Positions 10,801 to 23,258 of a DNA stretch of 48,780 bases are shown one piece after another. The notes beneath the pieces were generated by a model. The model searched no databases. It was not told the origin of the DNA and saw only the letters and a list, made by a program, of their open reading frames with translations. How positions within the stretch are numbered: the first letter of the stretch is position 1; every line of letters starts with the position of its first letter. Both the position numbers and the translations under genes were made by a program. Source of the stretch: Octopus bimaculoides (Eukaryota); the NCBI RefSeq assembly GCF_001194135.2, contig NC_068994.1, positions 50,899,025-50,947,804 of the forward strand, read 5' to 3'.

Positions 10801-13800
10801 TTTTGTAGGGGGAAGGGTTAAGTCGATTACATCAACCCCAATGATCAACTGCTAATTATTTTATTGACCCTGAAAGGACGAAAAGCAAAGTCGACCTTGA
10901 TGGAATTTGAACTCAGAATGTAAGGATAGACAAAATGCTGCTAAACATTTTGCCCAGCATGCTAATGATTCTATCAACTTGCCACCTTTGATCTCTGTAA
11001 TAATGGTTTCACATTTCAGAGAGGAAGGGGGTCAGTTGATTACATTTACCCCCAGCGGTCAACTGGTACTTATTTTCTTGCCCCGCCGAGAAGATGAAAG
11101 GCATAGTCGACCCTGGTGGAATTTGAATTCAGAACATAAAGATGGACGAAAGATGCTAAAAAAAATGTTCCCAGTGTACTAATGATTCCGACAGCTTGCC
11201 ACTTTCGGAAAAAGAAGAGGAAAAGGGGGAAGAATATGTATTAGGATGATAGTGGTAGTAATAGCAGCTAGACATATGTCTGTAAATATCTGTAATGTTG
11301 TTACTGATTATATTGACAAATAATGACTATGATGATGCTTTTGCTTTGAAGTCAATAAAGCTTGTAATGTTTACAATCTCTATTATAGACATACTCATAC
11401 ATGTGTCTAACATATACGTGTATGTGTGTGTGTGAAAGAAAGATCTATAGTTGCTGAATATTGAGTAGAACAGGTAATTTTATGTCATCATCATCATCGT
11501 CATCATCATCATCGTCATCATCATCATCGTCATCGTCATCATCATCATCGTCATCATCATCATCGTCATCGTCATTGTCATTTTTATTATGTGTTTTTGT
11601 TACTTTTTCCAGATAGGTTTACAGTTAAATTCTTGTCACACAATTTCACTCGTGTCTGTTGCAACAAACACCATCCTTACACTAATATGTCACAATGCAA
11701 CAGAGACACACACACACACACACACACACACACGCGTGTCTTACACAACTTCACCACTCTACCGTAACACTTCCTCCCAACCTGCCACGATACAATACCT
11801 CCATACCTCCACCACATCTTTACCACTCTCACAACACAACACATGTTGACCAGTCTGTCATACAACACTTCCTCCAGTCTGTTATATTACGACTATTTAT
11901 TGCAATTTGAGTGACCATGTAGAGCAGTGGTTCCCAAAGTTGGCGGTACTGCTCCCCCCCCCCCCTGGAGGTGATGGAAAGATCCAGGGGGACATTGAAG
12001 AAAAATTGGGCAATGGATGTAAAAAAACAAACAAACAAAATAATGGGTTAATTAGGTTAAGTTTAATTTGTGAAATACTGCTGTTTTGAATTTTCTGCAG
12101 AAAATAGTCTCTGTCTGTGATGGTGAACAGGGTGGGGCACTAGGAATGTGGCCTTAGAACCAAGGGGGTGGCAGCCTGAAAAAGTTTGGGAACCACTGAT
12201 GTAGAGGCGCCTTCATTGGTTCATGGCTATGATGATGATGATGAGCATCATCAACACCATCATCATTTCATGTTTTTTTGGTTTTTTTCAAGCCTGGTAC
12301 TTGTTCTATTGATCTCTTTTGCCACACTGCTAAGTTACAGGGATGTAAACACACCAACACTTGTTGTCAAACAGTGGTGGTGGACAAACACACACACACA
12401 TGTGTGTGTATATATATATGTGTGTGTGTGTGTGTACACAACAAGCTTCTTTCAGTTTCCCTCAATGAAATCCACAAGGCTTTGGTCAGCCTGAGGCTAT
12501 GGTAGAAGACACTTGCCGAAGATGCCACACAGTGGGATTGAACCCGTAAGCATGATGCTGGGAAGCAAGCTTCTTACCACACAGCCACGGTGATAATGTA
12601 CCAGCACTGAACTTGTCTTGTGAGTTGTACTCTGTGTAATGTCTTGGACACCATTGAGACCAAGTCATCAAAGTAGGGGCTCCATGCACCACCCCGACCA
12701 CCACCACCATCACCACCACCACCTTGCCTCCCTTCTTCTTCGTTCTTCTCGGCTCTTGGGCTCAGTCCAATGGTACCACCGATGTTGATTCACTTCATAA
12801 TGCAGATGACATTGAAGCTGCACTACCGAATCATGTGACATTTAATATCTGTATTGTCAATCACGTTGTTGTTGTTGTCGTCATCGTTACTGTTGTTGTT
12901 GTTGTTGTTGCTGACATTGTTGTCATCAGCAGTCATTGTTGTTGGTGCTTCCTCTCTCTTTCTCTTTCTCTCACTACTTCTCTTGTTTCTTGTAAATAAT
13001 CAAACTCACCACCGCCACCATGTTGACCAATCCTTCTAACCAGTTCCACTCGTAAACCATCCATACATGTGTTTCAAATTGCGATATTTCTCATGTTTCT
13101 TGCTGCACAATAACATGTATAGTGTAGGGGGGGGGGGAGAAGAAAAAAAGGCAATAAAGCAAGGTCTGCAGCTCTGATAAATTTGAGACACGAAATAAAT
13201 AAATAAATGAATGAACGAATAAATAAATAAATGAATACAGGAAAGTAAACAGACCCCTCCTGCTTCTCTTCTTCGTTTTTCCTCTTCTGCCCTCCCTCCT
13301 CCCACCACCACCACCTTTGCTGCTGCTGCTGCCACTCTTGACAGACCCTTGAGACTGTTCAAAATGNNNNNNNNNNNNNNNNNNNNNNNNNNNNNNNNNN
13401 NNNNNNNNNNNNNNNNNNNNNNNNNNNNNNNNNNNNNNNNNNNNNNNNNNNNNNNNNNNNNNNNNNNNNNNNNNNNNNNNNNNNNNNNNNNNNNNNNNNN
13501 NNNNNNNNNNNNNNNNNNNNNNNNNNNNNNNNNNNNNNNNNNNNNNNNNNNNNNNNNNNNNNNNNNNNNNNNNNNNNNNNNNNNNNNNNNNNNNNNNNNN
13601 NNNNNNNNNNNNNNNNNNNNNNNNNNNNNNNNNNNNNNNNNNNNNNNNNNNNNNNNNNNNNNNNNNNNNNNNNNNNNNNNNNNNNNNNNNNNNNNNNNNN
13701 NNNNNNNNNNNNNNNNNNNNNNNNNNNNNNNNNNNNNNNNNNNNNNNNNNNNNNNNNNNNNNNNNNNNNNNNNNNNNNNNNNNNNNNNNNNNNNNNNNNN

Positions 13801-16800
13801 NNNNNNNNNNNNNNNNNNNNNNNNNNNNNNNNNNNNNNNNNNNNNNNNNNNNNNNNNNNNNNNNNNNNNNNNNNNNNNNNNNNNNNNNNNNNNNNNNNNN
13901 NNNNNNNNNNNNNNNNNNNNNNNNNNNNNNNNNNNNNNNNNNNNNNNNNNNNNNNNNNNNNNTATATATATATATATATATATATATCACATTATATATC
14001 CATACAGATACAAAAAACATACATGCACACGCCCTCACCTACACGCATGAATAAAAGCAATATTAAGCAAAAGAGAACTCGATGCTAGAATGCAGAGTAC
14101 AATGTCTATTTGTTCAAGGGATAGTCTTTTGTTGCATTATTACTATTAGTTTCACCATAACATTGCTCTTCCGATAATGTTTCATCATTCATCTTCTTGT
14201 GTTATTTTAAAAATAGAAATACAGATCTTTTCTCGTATTCCACTTAACTCTTTTGCATTTTAAACTGGCTACATCCAGCCCACACATTCCATTTGTTTTA
14301 TTATGTTCAAACCAGTCAGATCCAGCTTTCCACACCTACCCTACAATGCCATTCTAAAAATAGACACACACATTATCAAAATCTCAAAGCTATGAGATAA
14401 TGGATGATTTATTCAAGACAATCATCACCATCGTTTAGCGTCTGCTTTCCATGCTAGCATGGGTTGGACGATTTGACTGAGGACTGGCAAACCAGATTGG
14501 CTACACCAGGCTCCAATCTGATGTGGCAGAGTTTCTACAGCTGGATGCCCTTCCTAACGATAATCACTCCAAGAGTGTAGTGGGTGCTTTTACATGCCAC
14601 CGGCACGAAGGCCAGTCAGGCGGTACTGGCAACGGCCATGCTCAAAATGGTGTATTTTACGTGCCACCTGCACAGGAGCCAGTCCAGCGGCACTGGCAAC
14701 GACCTCGCTCAAATGCAACTTGGGTTGCAAAGTAGCAGTTGCTAAGTATATTTATTATGGAAGGGAGGTCTCTAACTTTATTACTAATTAACCAAGTAAN
14801 NNNNNNNNNNNNNNNNNNNNNNNNNNNNNNNNNNNNNNNNNNNNNNNNNNNNNNNNNNNNNNNNNNNNNNNNNNNNNNNNNNNNNNNNNNNNNNNNNNNN
14901 NNNNNNNNNNNNNNNNNNNNNTAATATCCTAGATGTATAATTATGTTAATGAAGCTGGCCCTTAAATTAGTTCATTGTCACATCTGTGTAATCAATACCA
15001 TTTTGGTTAATGTTAGATGTGATAGTGGTTGCTTTGGGTATAGCCTTTGAGAGTGGCATTTGCCACTCTGCGTTCTGTTGGATATGTTCTGATGATGTAA
15101 ACCTGTCGCTTTTTACTAATTATTCATGGATGTTCGTGCATTAACGAAGTTCAGTTCATTTGTGTTGAAAAGCTAGTTTTATGTAAATCTGTATTAAAGA
15201 TTTCCCAACAGTAGAAGAGGTGGATCATATTATTACAAGATGGAGAAAAGTTTTTTTTTTTTCTTCTTCTTCTTTTGCTTGTCTATGTATTTACGTTTAT
15301 CGAAATGATGGATTATACCACATGATTTTTCTTCTGCTCTTCTTCATATTAGATCATGTGTGTCTATTTCTATTACATATTATTTAAGGATTTCAATTGA
15401 TCAAACAACTGGAACACGCATTGTTGTAACTGATACAAGATCCATCATGTTGTGTGCGTATGCATCCATGTGAGTGTGAACATGTGTATGCACAAAATTT
15501 GTATCTATATATATATGTTTGCTTGCAGCAGAGGTGTATTCCCTAATGAATGCAGAGCTAAGTGGTGTATATTGACTGCAATGTTTGTGCATTGTTACAT
15601 CACTCGTGTGTGTGCGTGCGTGTGTGCGTGCGTGTGTGCGTGTACAAAGAGGCAGATGTGAACAAAATTATAAGCACACATCCACAAATGAGCATCTAGG
15701 CTTGTGTCTGCCAGAGTGCAAGCATGGACACTCATGTGCGCATGAGTGTAAGCGAATGCATGTTGGTGCATATCATTTCGCATTTGCAAACATGCAGCAA
15801 TGCAAGATCATACCATGAGTCATCGGTTCTTTAGCTTCTGACATCAGTGTTCGTGGTGGCGGAGGCGGGCGTTCGGTGGTGTGCTGGGTGGACGGGTGAG
15901 TGGGAGGTCTCTGTGTGTTAGTAGTGATTGTGGTCGCAACAGAGGTGGTCGTGAGACAGATGGGATCACACAGATTGTGGTGACAATGCAGTGGGTGGTG
16001 GTGGTGGTGGTGGTGCTGGTGGTGCTGGTGGCAATGGCGGTGGCAGCGGTAATGGTGTTTGTGATGGTAGCATTGGAGAAAGTAGTAGTAGTAGTGATAG
16101 TGTTGATGGTGGTGGTGAAACAGATGGGATCACACAAATAGTTGTGTCAGTACATGTGGTGGTGATAATAGTCATGGTAGAATTGGTGGTGACAGTAGCA
16201 GTGGTGGTGGTCATGGTAGACTTGCTGGTGGTAGTGGTGGTGAAACAGATGGGATCACACAACTTGTAGTGTCAAGTAGTGGTGGTATAGGCAGTAATGA
16301 TTGTCCTGGTGAGGCAAGTGACAGGTGGTGGTGGTGGTGGTGGTGGTGGTGACAGATGGGCTCAAATAGATTGTGGTGTTGATGGCGGCAGTGGTGGTAC
16401 CACTTGTTTGATATTAATTGCAGGGAGGACAATGAATGGCATTGGTGTCCTAATAGTGATGACGATGAGGATGATGATGATGATGATGATGACTGGAAGG
16501 GTTAATGCCATGTGTATACATCCATCCCATAATGCAATGCTTCCCAAATAGCTGCACCCAGTTCTTTTCGCTTCTATCATTTCAGATCATTTCAATCCTT
16601 TCTAAATCAGTTTTTGTTTATTGACCGATGTCACTGAGGTCCCACCCAGCTCCTTGCTTCCCTTCCGAATAACCACTCATTTCCACAACTCTTCCCCTCT
16701 CTACCTATTCTTATCTGATATATGTAAACATGCAAAACACTTTTGTATTCTACAGTGACATAATTAACAAAACATTTATAGGTAAATGATAAAGGACTCT

Positions 16801-17072
16801 AGAATGCATAGTGACTAGAGATTTGTGAGTACTACCCACACGCAAGCACGCATGCACGGAGGGGTGCTGATAAGTTCCTGGTTTTAAGGTTATTGCGAAA
16901 GGCCTGGTTGGAGGCCCAACCTTCCGAGTTCTTTTACAGGGCTTGGAAAAACTGAAGGACTGCTGCAAGAAGTGTGCGGATCTGAGAGGGGAATATGTTG
17001 AATAAAATCATAACTAACTGATTCTCCTGTATTTTCTTTTACCCCAAGCCAGGAACTTTTCTGCACCCCCTC

Positions 17073-17155
<83 letters not shown>

Positions 17156-20100
17156 GGTATGTATGTATGTGTGTGTCTGTGTTTGTGTTTGTACCACCCA
17201 CCATCGCTTGACAACCGATGTTGGTGTGTTTACGTTCCCGTAACTTATCAGTTCAGCATAGAGACCAATAGAATAAGTACTAGGCTTACAAAGAATAAGT
17301 CCTCGGGTCAATTTGTTTGACTAAAGGCGGTGCTCCAGCATGACCACAGTCAAATAACTGAAACAAATAAGAATATCCTTTACATTCTCGGAGTGGTTGG
17401 CATTAGGAAGGGCATCCAGCCATAGAAAACCTTGCCAAATCCAACTGGAGTCTGGTGCAGCCTTCCAGCATGCCTGCCCAGTCAGACCATCCAACCCATG
17501 CCAGCATGGACAATGGACGTTAAATGATGATGATGATAATGTATAGTTCACTCTGTAAAGTGGTTGGCACTAAGAAGGGTATCCAGCTTTAAGAACCATG
17601 CCGGAACAGAGAGTGGAGCTTGGTACTGTCGCCTTTCTTGCCAGCTCCTGTCAAACCCTCTAAGCCATGCCAGTGTGGAAGATGGATATTGAATGATGAT
17701 GATGATCATGATGATGGTGATATATAATTCATTCATTAATATCGTCTGTAGTGTGTTCCATAGTTTTCTTTCCAGTTGTGGCCTGCCAAGTCGATACACA
17801 TGTATACTCACATGCATGTATGTGCATGCAAGTATATATGTATATATTTATGCATGTACATGGGTGTGTATCATGGTATTAGAAATAATGGACAGCTTAA
17901 GATAGAGCAATAGAGTTCTGTCTTTCTATTCTATCAGGCCAACACAAACACACACATGCACACACACACACACACACACACATGACCTGAGAAACATTGA
18001 GAGCAACACAAAATGCACTTTAGTGTAGAATTAGCTCCTGAGCTTCATGGTGTTTTGTATAATAACTATTCTGACACAATTATTGCTAAATCTGTAGCAC
18101 CAGACAATTAATAAATAAATGAGCACAAAGGCACACATGCATACACAAAATCAGACAGACAGACAGACAGACACACAGACAGTGGCAAATGAAAGATATA
18201 TATATATATATACATATGTAGTTTGGTGATATGTTGCCTTTATTCAGAACCAAAGCTGGATGAAACCCAACTTGGACAGAACTCTAAAATCATTTTAGTG
18301 CAATGCTCTACCCATACACATGACGCACAAATGCAAACACACACATACACACANNNNNNNNNNNNNNNNNNNNNNNNNNNNNNNNNNNNNNNNNNNNNNN
18401 NNNNNNNNNNNNNNNNNNNNNNNNNNNNNNNNNNNNNNNNNNNNNNNNNNNNNNNNNNNNNNNNNNNNNNNNNNNNNNNNNNNNNNNNNNNNNNNNNNNN
18501 NNNNNNNNNNNNNNNNNNNNNNNNNNNNNNNNNNNNNNNNNNNNNNNNNNNNNNNNNNNNNNNNNNNNNNNNNNNNNNNNNNNNNNNNNNNNNNNNNNNN
18601 NNNNNNNNNNNNNNNNNNNNNNNNNNNNNNNNNNNNNNNNNNNNNNNNNNNNNNNNNNNNNNNNNNNNNNNNNNNNNNNNNNNNNNNNNNNNNNNNNNNN
18701 NNNNNNNNNNNNNNNNNNNNNNNNNNNNNNNNNNNNNNNNNNNNNNNNNNNNNNNNNNNNNNNNNNNNNNNNNNNNTATATATATATATATATGATTGAT
18801 GATAATTTTTATGTTGGTACAAGTTCGCCATCATTTCAAAAGAGGAGCCTCTGAATGGTTTGTTGACCTGCTAGAAATAGCACCAAAAATTTCCATCAGA
18901 TTAAACCCTACTATAATGAGAAAAGGAAAGTCAAATCAGATAATGTAGTCTTTGACATATGATGTCTGTAATGGCTAGTATGCCTTTGGTTATAGCTTTG
19001 CTGTTTTAAGAGTGACCTGGAGATAAAAAAAACTGTATCAATATATGCAGCCCCATCGCGTGACTTTTAGAGGCCCCATTCAACTTTTTGTTTTGAAGCC
19101 CCATCCTGTCAATCAAAATTGATAATCTATGCACCTTTTATTCATAGATATATTTTACTTTATTCTGTCTGAAGTTCAATATTTCTCGTTATCCTAAAGA
19201 ACATCTTTAAAAGTGCAAGTTAAATTTATTTAGGTCTATTACAAATTTCAATTAGTAAAACTTCCAGATATGAATAAAAGAGCATTTTTATAAACCAGGC
19301 AACTTTCAAAGACAAACACGGCGCACTTTTCACTTCAAGAAATCATCGATCGGTTCAGAATAATCAAGCTGAGAGCTAAATTCGTGTTCAATTGAGATCA
19401 GAGACAATCCACAAAGTCCGGTACACGTTCGTGGTACAATGTAATATTTTTTACAAGAACTTTTGCAGGTACAAGTTATTACCATTTTGTGTCTTGAAAT
19501 TTTCAGTTAACATAGTTTAATTCTTGTTTAACATCTTGACCAAAGTAAATANNNNNNNNNNNNNNNNNNNNNNNNNNNNNNNNNNNNNNNNNNNNNNNNN
19601 NNNNNNNNNNNNNNNNNNNNNNNNNNNNNNNNNNNNNNNNNNNNNNNNNNNNNNNNNNNNNNNNNNNNNNNNNNNNNNNNNNNNNNNNNNNNNGCAAGTT
19701 AAATTTATTTAGGTCTATTACAAATTTCAATTAGTAAAACTTCCAGATATGAATAAAAGAGCATTTTTATAAACCAGGCAACTTTCAAAGACAAACACGG
19801 CGCACTTTTCACTTCAAGAAATCATCGATCGGTTCAGAATAATCAAGCTGAGAGCTAAATTCGTGTTCAATTGAGATCAGAGACAATCCACAAAGTCCGG
19901 TACACGTTCGTGGTACAATGTAATATTTTTTACAAGAACTTTTGCAGGTACAAGTTATTACCATTTTGTGTCTTGAAATTTTCAGTTAACATAGTTTAAT
20001 TCTTGTTTAACATCTTGACCAAAGTAAATAGATGATTCATCTACGTACTTTGATCTTAATGTGAAGTCCCTCAACCACAGAGAACCCCTGCAATCGCAGG

Positions 20101-20971
20101 GATTTCAGGGATTTAGTGACAGCCCTGAGCTACAGTATTTCATGTCTGCTTAGTGATTTTACAACCAATATTTCAGTAAGCATGAAGCTGAAGAAGTTGA
20201 ATAAGACTGAAACATTTTCAGCTTTGTCTTTCTTCTTGTAAAAATGAGTTTAAGTTTGCATTTTATTCACTACATAATCATTTATAATTAAATTATGTCT
20301 GTTAACATTAACTTGGCTATTGTTTCTCATGCAGATGGTGTCTTTAAGTCACTAGTTTTATAAAACATATCGTCAGCCTTTACTTGACTTGGAGCTGATC
20401 ATGAGCTCAGTTTGCTGAGACGTTTACAATCAATCTTCCAACCTCTCTCTTGCTGCATGCCATTTCAGAATTACCAAAATTAATTTGTTCAAGCCATCAT
20501 GGTCGAAGACGTGATGGAACAGCACCCTCTTCAAATGCCATGATATTTTTGTTTTAAATTCAATTATTACTGTTGCTATTTGCTGTCGCTTCTTTTGTTT
20601 TTATTCTTTTGTTGTTTTTCTTCTACCAGAGTACGTTGGAATTTAAACTCCGCCAACAAGAATTTATTGAACTTATTCGAAATGACCAGAGATTGGAAGC
20701 GATAAAGTATGTAACAAATTTTGGTCTGACCAACTACTTGTCCATCTCTCTCTCTCACCTACTTATCTTATTCTCTCTTTTTCCCTTGCTCTCTTTCTTT
20801 TCTTCTCTCCCTCACTTCTCCCCCTTTTCCTTTCTTCTCATCTCTCACCTTCCCTCAAGTCCATGTGTACTTTTGCACATAATGCATATGTGTGTGTTTC
20901 TATATGTAGGGGTGTGTATATATATATATGTATATATATACATACATATATATATACATATATATATATAT

Positions 20972-21011
<40 letters not shown>

Positions 21012-21216
21012 ATACATATATATATATATATATATACAAATATATATANNNNNNNNNNNNNNNNNNNNNNNNNNNNNNNNNNNNNNNNNNNNNNNNNNNN
21101 NNNNNNNNNNNNNNNNNNNNNNNNNNNNNNNNNNNNNNNNNNNNNNNNNNNNNNNNNNNNNNNNNNNNNNNNNNNNNNNNNNNNNNNNNNNNNNNNNNNN
21201 NNNNNNNNNNNNNNNN

Positions 21217-21259
<43 letters not shown>

Positions 21260-21536
21260 AATATATATAAATACACATATATATATATACAAATATATAT
21301 ACATATATATAAATACACACATATATATATATACATATAAACGTCAAAGACTTTCCGTATTCCCGAGCGTCATACTAATATATACTTTTGTTATTTACAC
21401 CACCTGTCCTCGTCTGTTGTTATTTTTTGTATATTCTCCCATATATATATACATACACACACACATATATACATTATATATACACACACACATATATGTT
21501 TTATATATATATATATATATATATACATTATATATA

Positions 21537-21567
<31 letters not shown>

Positions 21568-22000
21568 GTCTGTGTTATGTGTGTGAGTGAAAGAGAGCCT
21601 CATACATATGGAGAAGAAGAGGAAGAATGTCTACCAAACAGGTGTAAACTATAGAAAACAGAGAGAGAGAGAGAGAAGAAGAGTGAATAATAGACAACTG
21701 ATAATGCATTTGTGAATGTGTGCCTGGAGAGCAAATGAATGAGGCAGAAACACACATCTATGCTATAATAAAGAATTGTATAAAAAATAGAATGAATGTT
21801 TCTGTTTGTGTGTGTGTGTGTGTGTGTGGTATATATACAGAGAAAGAGAGAGAGAGAAAGAGAAAGAAGAAAACAGTGAGTGGATTTTAAACCATTAAAA
21901 TGATGTACATTTTAATGGTTTAAATTTCTGACAATATTTCGTTCTTCCTGACATTGCTGTAAATCATAAAATTGTTTGTTTTTTTTTCTTTTCTCTTCTT

Positions 22001-22035
<35 letters not shown>

Positions 22036-23182
22036 AAATGTTCAGATAATATTTTTTTTTTAATTTGAAAAAAAAAAAAAAATTTTCACCATTTTATTAT
22101 TCTTATATTGTTTTTGTATATAGAGGTTTGGTGGTGCTGGTGGAGGTTAACATTTCTCTGCCAATATTGTTTTGTTCTGCAACAGTTCACATTTGTTTTT
22201 TGTTTGTCTTTTTTTTTCACAGTGGAATTATTAAGAAATGCTATTCACAACCATATTTCTTGTGCAGTTGCAATCATGACTCCTCAATCTATATTCCACT
22301 CCATCTAAATTCTAAGAACATCATATTACACCACCACCAACAACTATCACTACAATTAATAATAATAATAATAATAATAATAATGGTTTCAAATTTTGGC
22401 ACAAGGCCAGCAAGTTCAGTGGAGGGGGGGTGTAAATCAATTACATCAACCCCAGTTCTCAACTGGTACTTAATATATTGACCCTGAAAGGGTGAAAGGC
22501 TAAGTCAACCTCGGTGGATTTCAGAATGTAGCAATGGGCGAAATGCCTCTAAGCATTTCGTCCAGCGTGCTAATGATTCTGCCAGCTCACCGTCTTAATA
22601 ATAATAATAATAGTAATGCAATACCAGGCAGTGGCTCTCATGGCTTCTGATCTTAACTGATTGGAAGTGTTATCATGTACATGTTTTATTTTGGTGGTAA
22701 AAGATGAACTAAAGCAGATATTCTGCTCAATACCACAGATTTGCTTATCAGTTGAGCATGTCCATGTCCCTTAGTGGCTGATGATATGTGCATCCCTGAT
22801 CATGAGCAGAGGTAGTTGGGGAGCATCATAGCCATGTGTTCTGAAGAATTCTTTGGGGTTTGAATAATTCGCCTTTGGAAACATGGGTGTTTTGCCTAAG
22901 CTCCACACAGTGGGATTGAACCCCCACATCTTGTGGTTGGGAACTGCACGGCCATGCCTGTGCCTATAAGAGAAGTAAATATATATATTTATGTGTGTTT
23001 ATACATGTATATGTATGCATATGTGTGTTTGTATGTATATATGTATATAAATATGTATGTATATATATGTACATAAATATATATGTACATATGTATATAA
23101 ATATATATGTACATATGTATATAAATATATATGTATATATCTATATAAATATGTATGCATGTATAATATGTATTCATGTAAA

Positions 23183-23258
<76 letters not shown>

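Noticed and set aside
15951-16380. CRISPR-like repeat-spacer array
   Set aside because: It lies in an animal intron, the spacers are low-complexity with unequal lengths of ~80-135 nt, the repeats are degenerate, and there are no cas genes.
19215-20030. 337-bp perfect tandem duplication as a biological event
   Set aside because: The copies are identical and abut both edges of an N gap, the signature of unmerged overlapping contig ends.
19048-20128. Larger hAT-like element around the duplicated block
   Set aside because: The right end (..tgacagccctg) looks hAT-like, but the left end matches poorly and no 8-bp TSD is evident.
20573-21340. 255-aa ORF as a single coding unit
   Set aside because: Only 20630-20706 is MAEA-like and splice-bounded. 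The rest is polypyrimidine tract, microsatellite and N gap.
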